A stretch of 64,000 nt of DNA from Eledone cirrhosa (Eukaryota): NCBI GenBank assembly GCA_964016885.1, contig OZ024748.1, positions 34,720,001-34,784,000 of the forward strand, in the 5' to 3' direction. This document shows, piece after piece, positions 29,254-41,903 of this stretch; position 1 is the first letter of the stretch, and every line of letters starts with the position of its first letter. The notes under the pieces were generated by a model. The model worked only from the letters and a program-made list of their open reading frames with translations. It had not been told where the DNA came from and did no database searches. Position numbers and translations under genes: made by a program.

Positions 29254-29460
<207 letters not shown>

Positions 29461-29599
29461 CGTATGTGTGTTTTACGCAAAATACTCTTTTATGATGCAA
29501 ATTATCCTGGTTGTTTGCGGCATTGAATGATTGCTGGGTAGTTAGATAAATATGGAGATAGCGATATAGAGACAGAAGGATGGGGTAGAAGATTAATGG

Positions 29600-29636
29600 A
29601 CAGAGAGATAGATAGACAAGTAGGTATATAGATAGG

Positions 29637-29667
<31 letters not shown>

Positions 29668-29735
29668 ATGGAGGAAGAGAGAGAGAATGAGAGAGTGAGG
29701 GGCAGATAGACATACAGTTACATAGATAGATAGAT
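29600..29735. repeat. Degenerate (GATA)n/(GA)n microsatellite, left flank of the Tx1 tandem array
   Basis: Interrupted ATAG repeats. Confidence 0.85.
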
Positions 29736-29841
29736 ATGTTTCTTTATTAGCCACAGGGGCACAAAAGAAGGAGACAAATACAAAGGGGGAAGTTTACGTA
29801 CTATAAAAACGTGTAAAATGTTGTCACAAATGGAATTTAAA
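29736..29841 (-). mobile_element. ~105-bp 3'-terminal fragment of the copy B-type Tx1 element
   Basis: Near-identical to 29862-29968; flanked on both sides by ATAG repeats. Confidence 0.9.
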
Positions 29842-30101
29842 TAGATAGATAGATAGATAGATATGTTTCTTTATTAGCCACAGGGGCACAAAAGAAGGGG
29901 ACAAATACAAAGGGGGAAGTTTACATACAATAAAAACGTGTAAAATGTTATCACAAATGGAATTTAAAAAGTTAGTCGATTTTCCCCAATAGAGGGAGAC
30001 AGTTTATATGGGTAACACATACCCCCGAAAAAAAATGTGCAACCCTCATCTCCAGGAGTACGAAGAGTTTGTACTCCTTTCCTCTCCTCCTTTTCCTCAA
30101 C

Positions 30102-33100
30102 CTACAGGCTGATATAGAGAGAAGGCCCATTCACTCGGGCCATTCTCGCCACTTTCACCCACCTTTCATAAAACTTGCTGGGGTACAGCACCTCTCTCTC
30201 CATCCTGATTCTTCTTCCAAAGTGGTATTTGAAAAAAAGAATCAGTTGTTGGCTGGAGAGAAAGGTGTCTGACCTCAGCCCTTTCAACCTTGTCCACCAT
30301 ACAACCTCTTTCGCCATAGCTATCACACAAAGGAAAACCGCCTCTCCTTCGTTTTTGAAGGAGGGTGGCGGTTTGATCATGACAATGGACTCGGTGGTCA
30401 ACTGGATTGGTCCCACCCGCGACAATAGTCGTTCTACATAGCCCCACAGGTCAGTGACGCCCGGGCAGTGTATGAATGCGTGCGCGACGGTTTCTTCGTC
30501 TCGCACGCACCTCGGACAGATCTTTTTTGCAGGGTCCCTGCCCGGGCGCCCATGTCTGTAGAGCTTGTCTCGAACTGGTAGAGCTCCTCGGTAGCACTGC
30601 CAGGCTAGGGACTTTTGGAAGTTGTCCATCGGTCCCGGGCGGAATGTCCTACCGAACAGACTGGCCAGTTCATCTTCCTCTACGCCGAGAGTTTCACCGA
30701 GCGCGTCGTCGCACTTGCTGCGGACCAACCCTCTATAGAATGACGAAGTGGAGTCTCCACTGATCGCCGGGTCCGCCTGCCAGAGGGCTGTGAGCGCCTG
30801 AGCACATTCGATGTGCCAGTCGCCCATTTTCCTCGGTCTTTGCTTGACCCAGGACTGCAGCTCCGTCAGCGAGACGAGTCGTGGGAAGGCTCGCCTCACG
30901 AACGGGGCCTACACCGGTTGTCCGGTGAGGAATACGGAGAGATGCCGCAGCCTGAGCGCGTGTTTGCGCATCGTCAACCACGGCATCCCCAGCCCTCCGT
31001 TAGAAGGGTGTTGGCAGCAGATGGATCTTCTCACCAAAGGAGCCCGCCTCTTCCAAAGGAATCGGAAGAGCGCGCGCTCCATTTTGGCGAGCGTTTTGGC
31101 TGGACAAGGCACGACGGTCAAGCGGTAGTAGATGGCGGACGCTATAAAAGTGTTCGCCACCTCCGCTCGACCTTTCAAGGATAGTTTGCACTCGGCCCAC
31201 TTCTGGGTGAGTGCAAACACCTTGGCCGTCACTTCGTTCCAGTTCTTCTCCACCTGGAGGTCCGGACCAAACCAGACCCCGACCAGCTTTACCGGTCCTT
31301 CCGTCCAGCGTCCGACGACGCCATCGGAAGGCATCGGTCTGCCTCTCCACGATCCGAGTTGCAAACCGATGGACTTGTCCCGGTTCAGCTTCGCTCCTGT
31401 GACACTTTCGTATTCCTTCAGTAAGGTGCCGACTTCCTCGATTTGCGAGGCGCTCGACACCATTACTGTCACGTCGTCGGCGGCGTAGGCCGACGACGCT
31501 TTCCGCAGTCCCGGTTCCAGAGGGATGCCCTGCAATAGCTCCAGCTTCCGCAGTAGTGGCTTGAGAGTCAGTACGCACAGAAGGGAGGAGAGAGGGCATC
31601 CCTGTCGAATGGATCGCGTGATATGGAACGGCTCCGAGAGCTAGCCGTTCACCTTGACCCTTGAGCAGATGTTGCTGTTGTGCATTGCAGCAATCCAGCC
31701 CCTGAACACGGGTCCGAACCTGCCGCCTCGAGCACCGCATCCAGGTAACGATGGTCAACCCTATCGAAAGCCTTAGACTGATCCAAGTTGATCAGGGCCC
31801 CACCGAAGCCGGGTTTACACCCTACCCTCTCTATGATGTATCGCATGAGGTGGAGGTTGTCGTGTATGGACCTGGTCGGGATTGCACATGTCTGCGCTTC
31901 TCCCACCAGGTTCTCGATGACAAGCGCCAGCCTCTTTGCCAACACCTTGGCCAAAATCTGTAACTCTGTGTTTAGCAGAGTTATGGGCCGGAAGTTTCCT
32001 ATGTCATCCCCCTTATTCTCGTCCTTCCTGATTAGTGTGACCACGCCCCTGGTTACAGAACTGGGAATTCTCCCGTTCAGTTGCCAGTTGCAGTAGACCG
32101 CTTCCAGGAGACCGGAGAATAAGTCCGGCATTGCTACGTAAAATTCGTAGGGTAGACCGTCGAGACCTGGAGATTTGCGTTTGCCGCATTGGCTCAGCGC
32201 GTCCCCTATCTCAGTGGCTGAAATCGGCTTTTCGCAGAACTTTGCCTCGCTGTCCGAGAGTCGCGGTAGGCCGTCGAGGTATGGACCGAAATCCATAGCC
32301 TCTCCCGGCGCGCCGCTCCCCCCGAACAGCCGAGCAAAGTGCCGCTGAAAAGCCGCACACATCTGCTTCGGCTCACGTATCACGCGTCCGTTTTGGTCCT
32401 TCAAAGACCGAGTCGTGGACTTGTTGCCACTTTTTGCCTCCGTCACTCGGGCCCAGCTAACAGCTTTGGCTCCCTCGTTTCCCAGAGTACGTATTTTGCT
32501 TCTGACAACGCAGCCCTCGTGCTTTGCGTCGAAGAACTGGTCCAAGGCCGTTCTCGTTGCTAGCACGCTGGCTACGTTGCCACTTCTAATTGCCTCTTCT
32601 ACTTTATCTACCAGTTCCTTCTCGGTTCTATTTCTATCTAACGCTAATTCTTTACTAAAAACTATCGAGTCTAATCTAACTACCCTCTTGAGAGAGTACC
32701 ACCATCTGTTGTTGACAATGGCCCCTGTCAAGTGCTGTTTAACTAAAGTGCTAATCCGTCTACTGTAGGCTTTGCTTGTCGGTAACGACAAGTTCAGCTT
32801 CCAGTAGCCGGGTCCTTGTCTATGGGTTCTATCAAGGTTGGCCATGCAGGTCACTAGTTTGTGATCTGAATAGGCAACCATGAACATTTGTGGACAGCTT
32901 AACATGTCCCTATCCTTATTTCTAACTAGAACCCTGTCTAGGTACGATCTAGATGTTCCGCTACGATTACTCCACGTCCACAGTGGCGCAGTCGGAAAAT
33001 CTAGTCGATATCTATTGGCCAGGTCAAATCGGTCGATTAACTGTTTGAGGCTGTTACACCCCCCTTTATCGGGACATGCTCCCACATAGTCCCAACGTGC

Positions 33101-33540
33101 ATCTAGGATTCCATTCTAGCCCCCCACTAAAAGCAAGGAGCGGGACGTTCCCAAAAAAGTCTCTAGACGTTTGAAGAAGTCTGGCCGCGGTGTCCCGGAT
33201 GGGGCATATGCGGCCACCAGCCTGAAGGCTCCACCTTCACTACCGTCAACGTCTAGGACCACCAGTCGACTCTCCGGGTCCAGATGTACCGTCTGTGTTA
33301 CGAGGCCCAGGTGTTTCCGCAGCAAAACGGCAACTCCGCCCCACCCCCCGGTTGACAGAGAGATGCGTAGATCTCAAAGTTATCGAAGATGGGGGCCAGC
33401 TGTCGCTCGCCGTGGATCCTGGACTCGCAAATGGCTACCACATCCATACTGTGCGACCTGAGGTCGTTTAAGAGTTTGCCCTGTTTCCAGGGCATCCCCA
33501 GGCCGCGTACGTTCACACATCCAACTCTTATATTGGCCAT
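30102..33540 (-). pseudogene. Copy B ORF2 (APE endonuclease, reverse transcriptase, zinc-binding C-terminus) with frameshifts and a nonsense codon
   Basis: SYLDR, SDH, NFRPITLLNTE, LDQSKAFDRV and CPRC motifs are spread over several ORF pieces; TGG>TAG at 30909-30911. Confidence 0.93.
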
Positions 33541-33577
33541 GTTGGTGCTGAAAAGTTAAAAGAGGAAAAGAGATCAC

Positions 33578-35400
33578 TCACCCTTCGCCTCCTGGGGACC
33601 AGGCCGCACGATTTCCATGGGGGTGTTGGAGGGGTTGTCTGGATGCGTGGTGGTTTCCGGCGGGGTGGGGATGCAGAAGTTTGGTGGGGTGGGGTCTGGT
33701 GGGATGGGGGTGTCTGGGTGGGGAGGCATTTGAGAAGGACGCGGTTGAGTGGTTTCACGCAGGAATTCCCCACATCCTTCTCAAATCTTTCTTTTAGGGA
33801 CCTATAAGTTTGTATAGGGACCCTAATCAGTTTTAGGTTCAGTTTTTTGTTATTTTTAATAGAGTGGGCGAAAGTTTTCCCTTCGGTGAAAACCGAAGGG
33901 TCGTTCGTGATGGTCTCCATTAGTGTTTTGTTTTCAGTGTTTATGTAAGTGTAAGTGTCATTTTCTTGTGTTGTGTTTGTTTTTGTCTGTAGTTCTTGTG
34001 TGTGCTTTCGTTTTGTTGTAGGTATTTTGTCTTCAGGAGGTGGGGGTTTTGTTTGTGATGTTTTGCTGTTTGTGTTGGTGGTTGTATGTTTGTGGTAGTG
34101 TTTGCTGGTTTTTTGCTTTTGTGATGTCTTTTCTTTCTTTTCGAGCGATGGGGTTCTCCCTCGTCTTCACTGGGTGATGGCGAGATAGCCTCATCTGTTG
34201 TATCGTCTGTGTGATTGGGGAGGGGTATGTCTTGGGGAGCTGTTGTGTCTGTATGTGATTTTGCAGTGGTTTTAGGTGGAGTGGGGTTGGGTGGGACTGT
34301 GTTTGTTGTGGTTATTTTTGTGTGTTGGTGTTGTTGTTGTGGTGGTGGTGTTGGTGGTTGTGTTGTTTTGATGGGTGTCGGCAGAAGAGCCTTTTTTGGT
34401 TCATTAGTTTAGGACAGGAAGCCCTCAGGTGACCCCTGCTAAACAATGGTAACATGAAGGCCGCCTACCCTCAACCGAAAAGTTTATGTACGTGAGTCCG
34501 TCCAGGAGTACACGCTGTGGGATCATAGCTATTCGCTCTGGGCTCATTTGCACCAGAACTTCAATGCTAGTCCCATTGAATACATCTCTGGGGGACTTGC
34601 CTACTGACAGTATTGTCTTCATCAAAATTGATGAAGCCGCACAGTATCCACCATATGTTCACCTTTGGTGTGACACTCGTGATACTGATCTTTTGTGTCC
34701 TTTTTCCCATGTATGTAGGGAAAAAGGTGTACAGGTTGGATACAATTGGCGACACAGAGTAATTTTGGGCCGTCAATTGATCCTTCATGAGTACTGAAAT
34801 ACTCCCAAAAAGTTTGCTTCTTTGAATGAATGCAATATCATTCATTGAATTTTTGAAAACCAGTTAAAATTCTTTCTGTGACAATTGGACTGGTTTTCGG
34901 GTAGAATTGGAAACTGTCCTAAAAACTATCGTTTTGAGAGCAATTTCCTTGCGAATTTCTACCGGAGAATTGATGCTGAAAGCACCATTTTTTTCGAAAG
35001 TGACATATCTCTTAGCGTCCTTTAAAAGTTGTTCAACATTTGTTATGTCGAGATATATCAATTCTTCTTTCTTTTGAACTTTCTCTGCAAAGGAGATTTT
35101 TGGTTTCTTTGTGGAATCCGTATTGGTGGTGTTGTCATTATTGTTGTTATTCTTGTTGTTATTCTTGTTGTCACCGATGTTGGTATCATCCGTATTTTCC
35201 TTGGTGTTGTTGTTGTCTTCGATGCTGGTGTTATTGGCGTTGTCTTTATTTTTTTTCTTTGTTGTTGTTATCATTGTTGCTTTTATCATCATTATTGGTT
35301 TTGCTGTTATTTTTGTTGTCATTGAACTGTTTGGTGTCATTTGTGTTGTTTGGATATGAATTCGTTTTTTTATTTTTCATTTTGTCTTTCCATCTCTATA
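33578..35400 (-). pseudogene. Copy B ORF1 (gag-like), multiply frameshifted
   Basis: Pieces 34864-35340, 34567-34845, 34425-34625 (SCYHCL) and 33528-33920 are homologous to ORF1 of copies A and C. The start position is approximate. Confidence 0.85.
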
Positions 35401-35697
35401 GTATCTAGTGAAGAAGACGTTGTTGACTGCGAGCTTTGTAGTCTTATCGCCTCTCCACCACCATTATCGTTGGACGCAAACGTAATCAAAATTTTACAAT
35501 ATTTTTTCCAAGATTCGATGGAGAAACATTTTTTTAATGGATATTCCGCCCCTGTAGGGGCGAAAATGAGTTGACCCACCACCTGAAGGTCCAGACGGGT
35601 GGTCAAGTTACACAATGATATAAAATTTAACTAAAAACTCACGTTTTTTTCTTACATAAATTAACGGAAACTTCCCGCGAAGTTACACACGTCTGAT

Positions 35698-35698
35698 T

Positions 35699-35757
<59 letters not shown>
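35698..35757. repeat. (GATA)n spacer between Tx1 copies B and C
   Basis: About 15 perfect units. Confidence 0.97.
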
Positions 35758-35971
35758 TTCTTTATTTACCATAAAGGCATAAAAAGAAGGGACAAATACA
35801 AAGGGGGAGTTTACATACAATCGAGTAAAAAGGGTATAAAATGAAAATAATCGAAAATAACCTCAAAAGGGAGGGGACGTGATGGGGGTTGCACACACCC
35901 CCGAAAAAGTGTGCAATCCTTTGCCCGGGGAGCACATGGAGAAGGTGCTCCCCTATCCTTTACTTCTTTAC

Positions 35972-38900
35972 TTACAGGATGGTATACAGAGAAGGCCCAT
36001 TTACACGAGCCATTCTCGCCACTATCACCCACCTTTCATAAAACTGCCTGTGGCCAAGCACCTCTCTCTCCATTCTTATCCTTCTTCCGAAGTGATATCG
36101 GAAGAAGTAGACCAGGCTATGGCCAGAGAGGAAGTTGCCTGACCTCAGACCTTTCAATCGTGTCCACCAAACAACCTCTTTCAACATGGCTATTACGCAC
36201 AGAAAAACCGCCTTTGCTTCCTTTGTGAAGAGGGGAGGCGGTTTGATTGTCATCACGGACTCGGCGGTCAATTGAATCGGCGCCACCCGCGACAGCAGTC
36301 GTTCGGCGTAGCCCCACAGATCAGCCACGCCCGGACATTGCACCAATGCGTGCGCAACGGTTTCTTCGTGACGCACGCATCTAGGGCAAATCTTTTCTGA
36401 GGGATCCCTGCCCGGGCGCCCGTGTCTGTAGAGCCTCTCTCGAACGGGTAGAGCCCCTCGGTAGCACTGCCAGGCCAGTGACTTCTGGAAGTTGTCCATT
36501 GGTCCTGGGCCGAAAGTCCTACCGAACAGGCTGGCCAGTTCGTCTTCTTCCATGTCCAGCGACTCTCCAAGGGTGTCATCGCCCCTGCTAGCCACCAGCC
36601 CTCTATAGAATGATGAGGTGGATTCTCCACCGATGGCCTTGCCCGCTTGCCAGAGAGCCCTGAGCGCCTGAGCACACTCAGTGTGCCAGTCTTCCAGTTT
36701 TCCGGATCTTTGCTTGACCCAGGACTGTAGCTCGGTGAGCGAGACGAGTCTCGGAAAGGCTCGTTTCACGAACGGAGCCCACACCGGTTGACCAGTGAGG
36801 AATACCTGTAGGTGCCGTATCCTTAATGCGTGCCTACGCATCATCAACCACGGCATCCCCAGCCCTCCTTTCGAAAGTTGTTGGCAGCAGATGGATCTTC
36901 TCACCATAGGAGGCGCTTCTTCCAAAGAAATTGGAAGAGCATGCGTTCCATGGTGGTGAGTGTTTCCTTAGGGCAAGGCACGACAGTCAGGCGGTAGTAA
37001 GTGACGGACGCTATGTAAATGTTCGCCACCTCCGCCCGGCCTTTTAGGGACAGCTTACACTTGGCCCATTTCTGGGTTAGTGCAAACACCTTGTTCGTAA
37101 CCTCGTTCCAGTTCTTTTCCACCTGGAGGTCTGGTCCAAACCAGACCCCAAGCAACTTTACCGGGCCCTCCGTCCAGTGTCCGACGACACCGTCGGGAGG
37201 CATCGGTCTGCCTCTCCACGTTCCGAGTTGCAGCCCGATGGATTTTTCCCGGTTCAGTTTCGCTCCTGACAACCTTTCGTAATCCTCCAGTAAGGTACCG
37301 ATCGCCTCGATCTCCGAGTCGGTCGATACCATTACTGTTACGTCATTGGCGTAGGCCGACGCCGCTTTGCTCAATCCTGGTTCTAGGGGTATACCATGCA
37401 ACAACTCCAACTTCCTCAGTAAAGGCTCGAGAGTCAATACGTATAGAAGGGAGGAGAGAGGGCACCCCTGTCGAATGGATCGTGTGATTTCGAACGGCTT
37501 CGAAAGGTAGCCGTTCACTTTGATCCTAGAACAGATGTGGTTGCTATGTAAGGCAGTGATCCAGCCTCTGAAAACAGGACCGAACCCAGCCGCCGCTAGC
37601 ACCGCATCCAGGTAACCATGGTCGACCCTATCGAAGGCCTTAGACTGATCCAAGTTGATCAGGGCCCCACCGAAGCCGGGTTTGTTGCCAACCCTCTCTA
37701 TGATGTATCGCATGAGGTGGAGGTTATCGTGAATGGACCTGGATGGGATAGCACATGTCTGCGCATCTCCCACCAGGCCACCCACGACAAGCGCCAACCT
37801 CTTTGCTAACACCTTGGCCAAAATCTTTAACTCTGTGTTTAACAGGGTTATGGGCCGAAAATTATTTATACTATCTCCATTGTGCTCGTCCTTCCTCACC
37901 AGCGTGACTACGCCCTTGGCTACAGAACAAGGAATTCTCCCGTTCTGCTGCGAATTGCAGTAGACCGCTTCGAGGAGTTCGGAGAAGAAGACCGGCATTG
38001 CTAAATAAAGTTCGTAAGGTATACCATCGAGACCTGGAGATTTGCGTCTGCTGCATTGGCTCAGCGCATCTCCGATCTCATCAGCCGAGATTAGTCCCTC
38101 GCAGGACTCTGCCTCTTCGCTCGAGAGACGCGGCAGGCCGTCGAGGTATGGACCGAAATCCACGTCCCCGCCCGGACCCTCTCCTCCCCCGAACAATCGG
38201 GCAAAGTGCCTTTGAAAGGCCTCGCACATCTGCTTAGGCTCCCGGATCACCCGTCCATCTTCGTCTTGCAACGACCGGATGGTGGATCGATTTCCACTCT
38301 TAGCTTCTGTCACGCGGGCCCAGCCAACGGCTTTGGCCCCCTCATTACCTAGAGCACGTATTTTACTTCGAATGACGCAGCCTTCATGCTTTGCATCGAA
38401 AAACTGGTTCAAGGCCGTCCTCGATGCCAGCACTCTGGCCACATCTTCGCTCTTGATTGCCTCTTCTAATTTACCTGTTAATTCTTTCTCGTTTCTATTC
38501 CTATCGACAGCTAACATCTTGCTATAACTTATTGATTCTGTTTTAATCTCTCTTTTGAGAGATGCCCACCATCGGTTGTTGACGATTGCACCCGTCAACC
38601 TCTCCTTAACTAATCTGCTAATCGGGTTTCTGTAAGTCTCTTTTGCCGGTAAAGACAAATTAAGTTTCCAGTAACCGGGACCCTGTTTATGTGTTTTCTC
38701 GAGATTGACTACGCAGGTCACTAATTTGTGATCCGTGTAGCCAACCGTGCGCATTTCTGGACAGCATAATATGTCCCTATCCTTACTTCTAACTAAGAAT
38801 CTATCTAAGTACGATCTAGATTGACCACTGTGGTTTCTCCAAGTCCAGGTAGGCACAGTTGGAAAATCTAGTCGATATCTATCGACCAAGTTAAAACGGT

Positions 38901-39408
38901 CGAGTAACCCCTTGAGGCTGTTACACCCCCCTCTATTAGGACATGCTCCTGCATAGTCCCAACGTGCATCTAGGATGTCATTCCAATCCCCCGCTAGAAT
39001 CAGGGAACGCGACGTTCCCAGAAAAGTCTCTAAACGCTGGAAGAAGTCGGGCCGTTCAGCTCCGAAAGGGGAGTAGACGGCGACCAGTCTTAAGGCCGCA
39101 CCTTCACTACTGCCAACGTCTAGCACCAACAAACGACCCTCCGGGTCCGAGTGCACAACCTGTACGGCAAGACCCAGGTGTTTTTGCAGCAGTACGACAA
39201 CCCCACCCCCACCTCCAGGTTGACAGAGAGATGCATGCACCTCAAAGTCATCGAAGGTAGGGGCCAGCTGCCGCACGACGCTGATCCGAGTCTCACAGAT
39301 AACCATTACATTTATACCACATGACCTGAGGTCATTTAGAAGCTTTGCTTGCTTCCAAGTTGAGCCCAGGCCACGTGCATTCAAACATCCTACTCTTAAC
39401 ACATCCAT
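35972..39408 (-). pseudogene. Copy C ORF2 (APE-RT-zinc finger); one frameshift near 36913 and catalytic YADD>YAND
   Basis: 835-aa ORF with GCLNARGL, ICET, GDWN, SYLDR, TDH, LDQSKAFD, RQGCPLS, YAND; the C-terminus continues in 35972-36925. Confidence 0.95.
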
Positions 39409-41172
39409 GTGGGCGGCAGAGCCAAAGGAGAGTGTAGAGACCTACCTTTCCGCTTCCCGGGGTTCGGGTCGCACGACTTCCATGGGTCGGGGGTGTTGGG
39501 TGAAGGGGTGTCTTGTGGTGGTGTGGGGTCGTCAGTGTGTGGTGGGGTTGGGGTGTTTGGAGTTGTGTTGGGGAGGGGAAGGGGAGGGGGAAAGCTTTTT
39601 AGTAGGACGCGGTTTATGGGTTTGACAGAGGGTGGTCCTACGTCCTCCTTAAAATCCTTTTTTAGTTTTTGGTAGAGGTTCATTGGGATCTTTATTAATT
39701 TTAAATGTGGGTAGTTTTCTGAAGAAACAAAGTTTACACCTTCGGTTTGTACCGAAGGATTATTGTTTATGAGTTCATTTAATTTATTATTGTTTCTGTT
39801 GATGTAAGTATAGTGTAATGTCTTTTTTTCGGATGGTGTGAGTGTTTCGAAGAGGGGAGGGGCAGGTTTGGTTTTGTTTGTTGCTGGAGGGGTGTTTTCT
39901 GTTTTGTTGGATTGTGTTGACATTTGGGTGGGGGTTGTTTGGCCTTGTGTGTTTTGCACATGTTTTCTTTTTTTCCTTTTAATCTGTCTGAAGGACTCCG
40001 TTTCTTCCTCCGAATTCGTTGGGTTATCTTCAGTGTTGGAGGGAAGAGGTATGTTTGCTGGTAATGTTTCCGTGTTGGTTTTCTTTGTGGGGGAGATGGA
40101 TGTCACTATGTTAGACTGTGTTGTGTGTTGTGTCTGCGGTGGTTGTGTTGTTTTATTGAGTGAGGGGTTGGGTGGGCCTGTATTTTGTTTTGGGGTAATG
40201 TGTTGTGACTGTTTGTGTTGTGGTGGTGGTGTAGTTTTACTGAGGGACGGGTTGGGTGGGACTGAGTTTTGTTGTTTGTTTATCTGTTGTGGTGGTGGTG
40301 GTGGAGCTGGTGTTGGTAGCAGGGTTTTCTTTTTGTTGAGTTGGGGACAAGCGGCCTTCAGGTGCCCTCTGCCTGCACAGATATGACAGGACAGCCTTCT
40401 CCCATCCACGCTAATGTTTATATACCCGTGGCCCTCTAATAGGATTCTGTCGGGTATTTGGGCGATGCGTTCAGGCTTCATTTGCACTACCAGCTCTATA
40501 CCTGTTCCACTGAACGCATTGCCTGTGGTTTTCCCAATGGAAATCACGTTGTCATTCACTGGATCGATGAAGCCAGCTATGAGCCAGCAGTAGTCCACAT
40601 CTGGCATCATTGCATCCAGCCATATGCGTTGAGTTCTTTTACCCATATAAGATGGATAAAAGGTAAAATTTTTTGAACGAATCGGTGACAAAGCACATTT
40701 TTTTGCCGCCGATTCGTTCTTCATAATAATTGCTAGGCTTCCATACAGTCTGTCTTTTCTTATGAAAGTGGTTTCATTAAGTACTTCTGTGAGTACTGTT
40801 TTGATATCTGCCTGAGTTGGCTGTTCAGGTTTTTTTGAAGTGTTGTTGATGGTGCGGAACACGACCGTTCGACTTTCAATGTCTTTGGTGAGTTCTTGAG
40901 GCATTTTTACCGATAAAATACCATTCTCTCCTTCACTTATGTATTGTTTGGCGTCTGTGATTCTTCGTGCCACATCTGAAATATTTTCAGGTATATATGT
41001 CAAAGATTTCTTTGTTGTTTGTGCAAATGAAATCTTGTTGACTGTCGTCTGCTTTGCTTTCTGTTATGGTGTTATTTTCAAATGTTATTTTTGTGTTTGT
41101 TGTGTCTTTGTTTGTGGTATTAGTATTGTCATGCAATTTTTCAAATTTTCTTTTTTCGTTGTTGGAATCCAT
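39396..41172 (-). CDS. Copy C ORF1 gag-like protein with one CCHC zinc knuckle and Pro/Thr-rich linker (N-terminal frameshift near 41000)
   Basis: 535-aa frame containing CHICAGRGHLKAAC, plus upstream piece 40987-41172. The true stop may be 39442-39444 (see findings). Confidence 0.85.
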
Positions 41173-41578
41173 GTCCAGATTTGTGTTTTCGTCATTTTTC
41201 TCCGCAGATTCGTCTGTTTTTATTTTATTTTGTCCTTCCTTCTCTATGACGTTAGTTGGGAAGGAAGGGGGGGACTAAAGCGTGCGAGCTTACAACTCTT
41301 ACCGCTGTCCCCCCACCACTATTTTCGTTCGCTTCGTTTAACATTTCTGTCAGACGATTGAAATTTTTTTGCCACAAATTTTTTTAAAACAGGTTTTTCA
41401 CCTCTAGGAGGGGTAAAGATGAGCTGACCCACCGCCTGACAGTTCAGACGGGGGGTCAAGCTACACAATAGTGTCAAAATTAAATTTGAACTCACAAAAT
41501 TTCCGCCATAAATTTGAACAAAACTTCTGCGCGAAGTGAATTACATCCACACTGTAGAACAGACGACAGCTAGATTAT

Positions 41579-41855
<277 letters not shown>

Positions 41856-41856
41856 T

Positions 41857-41903
<47 letters not shown>
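41856..41903. repeat. (GATA)n spacer
   Basis: Directly visible. Confidence 0.95.

Larger units (their letters stand above)
29862..35694 (-). mobile_element. Tx1-clade non-LTR retrotransposon copy B, full length (~5.8 kb), disrupted
   Basis: 5' AGACGTG...ACTTCGC motif, ORF1, ORF2 with APE, RT (YAADD variant) and C-terminal zinc motif, 3' UTR; (ATAG)n on both sides. Confidence 0.95.
35757..41570 (-). mobile_element. Tx1-clade non-LTR retrotransposon copy C, full length (~5.8 kb), nearly intact
   Basis: Long ORF1 and ORF2 frames; conserved 5' and 3' UTR motifs; (ATAG)n on both sides. Confidence 0.96.

Noticed and set aside
33528-39408. 13-nt ORF1/ORF2 overlap implied by the ORF track in copies B and C
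   Set aside because: Comparison with copy A suggests the conserved ORF1 C-terminus is the MEIV... frame, with single-base shifts in C-rich runs in B and C. The overlap is not fully excluded.
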